A program made the position numbers and the translations under genes. DNA of 64,000 nt from Minisyncoccota bacterium (GTDB lineage: Bacteria; Patescibacteriota; Minisyncoccia; Moranbacterales; GCA-2747515). Below the pieces are notes generated by a model. It did not search any database and had not been told where the DNA came from. It saw only the letters and a list, made by a program, of their open reading frames with translations. Positions within the stretch are counted from its first letter, which is position 1. Every line of letters starts with the position of its first letter. Shown here in pieces: positions 58,392-64,000 of the stretch. Location of the stretch: positions 5,517 to 69,516 of the forward strand of contig CALDDM010000019.1 in the NCBI GenBank assembly GCA_937936355.1, written 5' to 3'.

Positions 58392-59597
58392 TCAGGTTGG
58401 AGGGCTGTTGCGCAAAACACGAATCATCAAAAATGCAACGACAGCAGTCACAAAGCCAATAGCTAAAAGAGGGAGCCACGTAAATCTTTCCATAAAACGA
58501 CTCTCAACATCATCACAAGCATCACCAATACCATCACCGTCAACATCAGATTGAGAAGCGTTGATCGTGTCAGGACAATTATCTTTGGCAGCTATAACAC
58601 CATCACGATCAAAATCCTCGCAGAGATCACCAACACCATTCCCATCTACGTCTGTTTGCTCAGTATTTGCAGTGCTAGCACAATTATCCACAGCATCAGA
58701 AACACCATCTTCATCACTATCCCACGATCCATGCAAGGGATTTGTCATCACCGATCCTAGAGCAGCATCCTGCGCATATTGCACAGTTGCAATACGTGGC
58801 AACTCACCAACTGAAGCATTCGCACGATGACGCGCACCATAGTAAAGTTTATAGCTCTGTCCAGGCATGGCATTAAAGCGCAACACGCGCTCAACATCTT
58901 GATTATCCTGTGCTGCGTCGTACGGATGGAATGTAAACTCATCGACGCGCAAATAATCACGATAATCAAGTGTAATATAAAAAACACGTGCACGAATATG
59001 AGGAAAGTTCACATACTCCCCAAAAAAAGGTCGCTGCGACAAAATGACCTGACGCTGCGGCTGCTGATCGACACCGAACACATCTGCTTCGATTTTTATA
59101 CGAGTGGGGCGTGTGACACCCTCACCCAAGGAGACTGTGAGAGCATCGACTACAAGCAGATCTTGCGCCTCAACACGGACTTCAACAGTATTGGGAAGTA
59201 AGTGACCGTCACCATCACGCTTCTCCTCATAGCGGTACTGTGTATAAGTTGTCATATCCCCGTCAACAGAGCGTGAAGCAGAAACAGGACCATTGAGAGT
59301 GTCCCGCGCAGAGAAGGAAGTGCGAAGTACAGTAGTACGTGTCGTCTGCAAAAGTGCCGGATGTGGTATCTCTTGCGAAGACTCCACAAGAAGAAAATGA
59401 CCCAACGCCTCAGAATCTCCAAGAGGGCGAACATCAACATCCGTTACAGTCGGTACAGAAATAAGTGGCACAGATATTTCTACAACCTGAGAAAAAGTAC
59501 TCTTTTGTTCCTGCGTCAAAACAGGTGGACCTTGAGCTATGACCTCTACAGCCAAAAAAAGACTTACTATACCGCAAAGATGAAAAATTCTATACAT
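58392..59597 (-). CDS. Secreted, C-terminally TM-anchored protein with thrombospondin type-3-like Ca-binding repeats
   Basis: Signal peptide, a ~280-aa beta-rich domain, the repeats DSDEDGVSDAVDNC, DVDGNGVGDLCEDFDRDGV..DNC and DVDGDGIGDACDD, then a TM helix LPLLAIGFVTAVVAFLMI. Confidence 0.7.
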   Translation of the reverse strand: MYRIFHLCGIVSLFLAVEVIAQGPPVLTQEQKSTFSQVVEISVPLISVPTVTDVDVRPLGDSEALGHFLLVESSQEIPHPALLQTTRTTVLRTSFSARDTLNGPVSASRSVDGDMTTYTQYRYEEKRDGDGHLLPNTVEVRVEAQDLLVVDALTVSLGEGVTRPTRIKIEADVFGVDQQPQRQVILSQRPFFGEYVNFPHIRARVFYITLDYRDYLRVDEFTFHPYDAAQDNQDVERVLRFNAMPGQSYKLYYGARHRANASVGELPRIATVQYAQDAALGSVMTNPLHGSWDSDEDGVSDAVDNCASTANTEQTDVDGNGVGDLCEDFDRDGVIAAKDNCPDTINASQSDVDGDGIGDACDDVESRFMERFTWLPLLAIGFVTAVVAFLMIRVLRNSPPT

Positions 59598-59659
59598 ATT
59601 ATTATGAGAGAAGATACAGATAATATACGCACGCTACAAACAAAAACAGGAAGACGAGG

Positions 59660-61678
59660 CTATTTCTTGTATGCGCGTGCCGCATAGGCAGCAACAACAA
59701 AGAGTGCGCCAATCACAAAAAATGTCACAATACGCATAGTGATAGGCATCTGCCAAAACTCAACAAGTCCTATGCGGCCCAAAACGATCGCAAAGAGAAT
59801 GGCGCCGACACCAAGCAAACCTCGATCAGCCCGACGAGCACCATATACATAGAACGCTACGCCAGAAACCATGTAGATAAAAAGTGCGCTAAAAGTCGCA
59901 ACAGCATCACTCACAATAAAAACATGCGCACCAAACCAAATCAGCGTCACAAGCAGCCCTAATCCGAGGTATCCAAAAACACGAGCATACAATTGTACAC
60001 CTTCACTTTGTGTAGCGCCTTCATCGAAATAACAACATCGCCGAACAAGAAAACTCAATACAAACGCACAAACTGCCGCAAGCAAAATTACAAAAAGATC
60101 GAGTAAGATTTCACCACGGACATGTTCGCCACGAAATGAGCCTGAAGTATGCGAAGAAACATTCATGATATTCTGCACAACCATCAAAAGAGGAGCTGCA
60201 AAAAGGATCATGCCAGCAACTTGGTGGTTTGTGCGCAACGACGAACCGCGGACATAGATAGCCAGGCCCAGGCCTACCGTCACCTCCAGCAAATAAGCAA
60301 TAGTAAGTTGTGAACCATTGAAGACCTCAGCTGTCGCTACGCCAATCAGAATAAAGGCTGCTGCCCCATAAATAATCGTTGGCGTCGTAAGACGTGTCGC
60401 ATGAAAAATGCCATACGAGGCACTGACAAAAAGCACAGCCCCCAGAAGCAAAAGAGCAATACGAAAACTCTCTGGGCCGTACACGTAGACCCAGAATAAA
60501 TAGAGCATCGTAACGCCAACCGCGCTGACAACATCAATCATAGAAGCAGAACGTGAACGCACTATCGAACTAACATTCGCCCCATAAAAAAGAGCGGTGA
60601 AGACAATCGCAAGCATCATGTAAAGCAGCGATGTGCTATAAGTCCCTGTCAGTGCGTGACCGACTGAATAAAAAGCAACAATACAGAGCATCATCAGAGT
60701 GAGAGCACGCCACCCAGTTTTTGCAACGACCCACAGCGTGCCCAAGGTAAGCGCAAAGAGATACGCGAAAATCATTTCAATTGCCAAATCTTTAAAGAAG
60801 AACAATGGAATAATACCCCCAAAGAAAAGCATGCAGCCAGTCAAATTGATCTTGCGCTGCTGCAGCGAAATAAGTGTGACAAAAAATACAGTAAACAACA
60901 TGACCAAAAGCGCGAGAACTGGCGGCATCTGCACGGAAGCAAAATGAACACCAGCGAGCGTTGCAACAAAAATCGCTGCAATGCCAATAATCAAAAATGT
61001 ATTGCCCTGTGAAGTGACCTTCCCAACACGCATGGCACCATACGCAATAGCGCTAACACCAAAAATGTAACCAAGCACAACACGCATCATCTCAGTGAGC
61101 CATCCAACCGTAGCAGCATAACTAATGAACCACCCCACAGCCAAGATAATAAGCAGTCCACCAACTTTCAGCGGCCAATCATCTCGCATCCAAGAAAAAA
61201 AACGTACTAAAACATCATCATTATGAATGTCACCGCCCACATGAGATGTGATACGATCTCCTATGGCAGAATGTGGTTGCTGCTGAGATGGCACGTCGCT
61301 CTGTGATGGCCGTAGGGTCCACGGTCCAAGACTCTTTGCATCATCATTAAAATCTGTTGCAGCGTAAACAGGTGCATCTGGTTGCAGTGTTGTACGATCA
61401 TGTGTGGAGATGGAGCTTGAGTCTAGATCTAGGTTTGAGTCTGGATTTGTGTCCACAGAAACATGGGCGGGAGATCCCTGAGAAATCAGGGGCGCATCTT
61501 CCCCCAAGTCAGTAGTAGGTGCGGAGCCAGACGCTGCACCCACGTGAGGAGTTTGGTTTTTGCGTGCCACATTCACGTCTAGCCGATCAAGGCGCTTATT
61601 GAGAGCAGTAAGTTGAGATAAAATGCGACTACCGTAGTAGAGAATCGCAATGAGCACGATAACAAGAAGCATTGTCAT
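59660..61678 (-). CDS. Large polytopic membrane protein (DUF2339-like architecture)
   Basis: 672 aa. N-terminal TM helix plus LSQLTALNKRLDRLD coil, a ~120-aa low-complexity spacer, then ~16 TM helices. The family assignment is from memory of its architecture only. Confidence 0.65.
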   Translation of the reverse strand: MTMLLVIVLIAILYYGSRILSQLTALNKRLDRLDVNVARKNQTPHVGAASGSAPTTDLGEDAPLISQGSPAHVSVDTNPDSNLDLDSSSISTHDRTTLQPDAPVYAATDFNDDAKSLGPWTLRPSQSDVPSQQQPHSAIGDRITSHVGGDIHNDDVLVRFFSWMRDDWPLKVGGLLIILAVGWFISYAATVGWLTEMMRVVLGYIFGVSAIAYGAMRVGKVTSQGNTFLIIGIAAIFVATLAGVHFASVQMPPVLALLVMLFTVFFVTLISLQQRKINLTGCMLFFGGIIPLFFFKDLAIEMIFAYLFALTLGTLWVVAKTGWRALTLMMLCIVAFYSVGHALTGTYSTSLLYMMLAIVFTALFYGANVSSIVRSRSASMIDVVSAVGVTMLYLFWVYVYGPESFRIALLLLGAVLFVSASYGIFHATRLTTPTIIYGAAAFILIGVATAEVFNGSQLTIAYLLEVTVGLGLAIYVRGSSLRTNHQVAGMILFAAPLLMVVQNIMNVSSHTSGSFRGEHVRGEILLDLFVILLAAVCAFVLSFLVRRCCYFDEGATQSEGVQLYARVFGYLGLGLLVTLIWFGAHVFIVSDAVATFSALFIYMVSGVAFYVYGARRADRGLLGVGAILFAIVLGRIGLVEFWQMPITMRIVTFFVIGALFVVAAYAARAYKK

Positions 61679-61702
61679 AATATTTCTTCCAGTTTATTAC
61701 TT

Positions 61703-62275
61703 CTACACACCACCACGCAAACATAATGAAATAAGCTCATTTTCTTCCCAAGCACAATATCCATCACTATGCCGACGACACACCGCTTGCTCATAACACA
61801 CGCCAACATCATCACACGCCAACAGATCCTCCTCTTCACGGCACAAATGGTTACCACATCCTGTAACCACACAGCCGTCACGTGCACGATCTACGTACTC
61901 CGGAGCAAAAACACCCGGAATTTCTCGGTCATCAGACCGACCAACTTGATGTTCCAAATAGACACCACTCTCAGCATCAAACCTAGCAAGTTCTGTAACG
62001 CTCCCCTCGCGAGGCAAAGCATCAGAAGTATAGTCCTTTGGCACATCAGCACCCATCACCTTCTCGTCAGAATAACTACCCTCGTCGGTATCAGAAGAAT
62101 CCTGCATCGCCATGCCAACGTCCAACGCAGCTTCGGTGGTAGTCAAACTTATGCGACTTTTCTGCGAGCCAAAAAACCACACAAGCGAAAAACTTACAGC
62201 CATCAAAAGGCTGCTAGCCAACATACCATGACGCATCACTTGAGAATCTTTTTGTGGTCGCAAAGGCTGATCCAT
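61703..62275 (-). CDS. Membrane-anchored protein with a C-terminal eight-cysteine module
   Basis: One TM helix (MLASSLLMAVSFSLVWFF), an acidic middle, and exactly 8 Cys in the last 65 aa. Confidence 0.55.
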   Translation of the reverse strand: MDQPLRPQKDSQVMRHGMLASSLLMAVSFSLVWFFGSQKSRISLTTTEAALDVGMAMQDSSDTDEGSYSDEKVMGADVPKDYTSDALPREGSVTELARFDAESGVYLEHQVGRSDDREIPGVFAPEYVDRARDGCVVTGCGNHLCREEEDLLACDDVGVCYEQAVCRRHSDGYCAWEENELISLCLRGGV

Positions 62276-62373
62276 GACAAAATTATCCCATACTTAGTGC
62301 GGATTGGCAAAAAGAAAGATGCGGATATTAATGCTATAATCTACTCAAAATCTATTCACATAAATATCAGACT

Positions 62374-63519
62374 ATGTCACAAAAGAATGTTCTTATATTT
62401 TTTGGTGGTAAATCCGCAGAACACGAAGTTTCTATCATCACAGGATTGCAAGTTGTGGAAAATATAGACAGAGATAAATTCAACCCACACATTATTTACA
62501 TACACAAAAACGGACTATTTGACTACAAAGGTCAACTAACAAGCAGAAAAGACTTTCAGACAAAAATGACTAAAAATGTGATTTTTGGTAGTGACAAAGA
62601 CGGAGGATTCATTGAGCACAAAAACACCCTTGGTCGAAATAAGGTGTACATAGACGCTGCCTATCTGGCTTTGCATGGTGGAACAGGTGAAGATGGAACA
62701 ATGCAAGGTTTTCTGCAAGCGCTAGGGATACCGCATACATCACCAAGCCACGAGTCCTCGATCATTGCAATGAATAAATGCTTCACAAAGCTTTTACTGC
62801 ACAGCGATAACCTACCAACTCTCACATCAGACTCCATAAAAAGAAGCGATCTCAACGAAATAGACAAAAAAATACAAGATCTCGTTGACACACTTTCTTT
62901 GCCCTTGATTGTGAAGCCCGCACACCTCGGTTCGAGTATAGGCATTGAAGTAGCACATACAAGAATCGATCTCGAAAAAGCAATCCGGAGCGCACTACTC
63001 ATAGACGACAGCGCACTCATAGAGCCGTATATAGAATCATTCACAGAATACAACATATCCATACGATCAGATGGTGATTTTATACAAACGTCACCAATTG
63101 AAAAACCACTCTCAGATGGTGAGATACTCTCCTTTGACGATAAATACAATAGCGAAAATGGTGGGAAGAAAACTGCAGCAAAAGGCATGGCGTCACTAAT
63201 CAGAGAAATACCAGCAGACATATCCAATGACATATCTGACCTCATCAAAAAAAAGGCTATACAAGCGTACAAAACAGTTGGTGCAAAAGGCGTGGTAAGA
63301 ATTGATTTCATGATAGATCACAAAAAACCAAGCGAACCATTTATCACAGAAATCAATGCAATCCCCGGGTCAATGAGTTTCTACCTATGGGAAGCAAGTG
63401 GTGAAGATTTTCCATCACAAATCTCACATACTATCGAAGATACACTCAAACAAAATAAAAAATCAAACCCACAACTCGACTACAAAACAGATATTGTAGA
63501 AAAATTTATTGGACAATAA
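62374..63519 (+). CDS. ddl: D-alanine--D-alanine ligase
   Basis: VLIFFGGKSAEHEVS, LHGGTGEDGTMQG, an ATP-grasp fold, and EINAIPG. Confidence 0.93.
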   Translation: MSQKNVLIFFGGKSAEHEVSIITGLQVVENIDRDKFNPHIIYIHKNGLFDYKGQLTSRKDFQTKMTKNVIFGSDKDGGFIEHKNTLGRNKVYIDAAYLALHGGTGEDGTMQGFLQALGIPHTSPSHESSIIAMNKCFTKLLLHSDNLPTLTSDSIKRSDLNEIDKKIQDLVDTLSLPLIVKPAHLGSSIGIEVAHTRIDLEKAIRSALLIDDSALIEPYIESFTEYNISIRSDGDFIQTSPIEKPLSDGEILSFDDKYNSENGGKKTAAKGMASLIREIPADISNDISDLIKKKAIQAYKTVGAKGVVRIDFMIDHKKPSEPFITEINAIPGSMSFYLWEASGEDFPSQISHTIEDTLKQNKKSNPQLDYKTDIVEKFIGQ

Positions 63520-63527
63520 AACACTCC

Positions 63528-64000
63528 TTATTCATACGAGAGATCTGACAACTCAGAAAAAACATGCCACACAACTGCATCTACATCATACGCCGTCTCA
63601 ATATGCTGCCACGCAGCTTCTTCTGAACGGATGTCAGTATCATGAACATAGTCAACTTCTAAATGCCTGATAATATGCTGAGCATACGTAGAATCAAGCA
63701 CAACAACAATGTCAACCTCCTTGTTTATAGAGACTGCCAATTTTTCGTGAACCTGCATTTCTGTCATATCTGACTCAGGGATACCAGCGATGATCACACC
63801 ATACTTTTTCCCCACACCCTGTGCGTAGAGCGATCCATATGAAAGGCCTGAGTGGACTGTTTGCAGTGATATATTATACGAATCATCAATAATCTCAAAA
63901 CCTCTGCGCATCGAATGATTTCTCCTACGCTCTGGTAAGCCGACATGAGAAACAACATCTTGGACAATGCGATGTGGGACATCAAAATACTCAACAATTG
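63528..64000 (-). CDS. murF: Mur ligase C-terminal part, MurF-like (UDP-MurNAc-tripeptide--D-Ala-D-Ala ligase); gene continues past the right edge
   Basis: This frame is open from 63998 down to the stop at 63528. It reads ..LPERRRNHSMRRGFEIIDDSYNISLQ.., compare the MurF IIDDSYNANP motif. Convergent with ddl. Confidence 0.7.
   Translation of the reverse strand, partial: IVEYFDVPHRIVQDVVSHVGLPERRRNHSMRRGFEIIDDSYNISLQTVHSGLSYGSLYAQGVGKKYGVIIAGIPESDMTEMQVHEKLAVSINKEVDIVVVLDSTYAQHIIRHLEVDYVHDTDIRSEEAAWQHIETAYDVDAVVWHVFSELSDLSYE

Noticed and set aside
58684-58692. Perfect DnaA box TTATCCACA
   Set aside because: It is a single copy inside a coding region with no cluster and no adjacent AT-rich unwinding element. 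This is a chance occurrence.
61769-63311. 232-aa (+) and 216-aa (-) ORFs overlapping the 8-Cys gene and ddl
   Set aside because: Both are antisense to better-supported genes and have junk-like composition.

Overview
This is a compact, gene-dense bacterial chromosomal segment with about 60 protein genes and one tRNA. About 80% of the genes are on the minus strand, and intergenic gaps are mostly under 100 nt. It reads with the standard genetic code. I found no rRNA, CRISPR array, transposase, integrase or phage gene. All product calls come from motifs recognised by eye in the supplied translations; no database search was possible.

Most of the content is housekeeping:
- Protein export and processing: secA, secY, lepB, map, def, fmt, pth.
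- Cell division and wall: ftsA, ftsZ, ftsQ, ddl, partial murF.
- DNA: topA, dprA, holB, ruvX.
- Translation: hisS, rpsU, rpsP, ybeY, an rlmB-like methyltransferase.
- Glycolysis: partial pyk, gap, tpiA.
- Pyrimidine synthesis: pyrC, pyrD.
- Stress: groES, preceded by a near-perfect CIRCE operator.

Several traits suggest a small-genome, Gram-positive-type, possibly CPR/Patescibacteria-like organism. This is inference only. The traits are a sigma region-4 + HARE-HTH protein, a CxxC-x17-CxxC zinc ribbon, two LCP paralogs, a sortase, basic or acidic tails on housekeeping proteins, and a scattered dcw cluster.

Nothing here is an obvious defence or mobile system. The regions most worth a second look are:
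1. A soluble coupling-protein-like ATPase with a long disordered tail and zinc ribbon, paired with a membrane-anchored partner, with no other type IV secretion genes nearby (6498-9713).
2. A five-gene, terminator-bounded operon encoding a PplA-like FMN-binding lipoprotein, a signal-less ApbE, a lipoprotein hydrolase, an APH-type kinase and an MFS transporter (51764-56735).
3. One reading frame fusing a cytoplasmic GT4 glycosyltransferase, a TM helix and an extracytoplasmic LCP ligase (33973-36456).
4. A sortase carrying thrombospondin-type-3 calcium-binding repeats next to an LPLTG surface protein (42219-45050).
5. A three-gene envelope module of unknown function (58392-62275).
6. A 465-nt non-coding gap with structured-RNA features (24303-24767).
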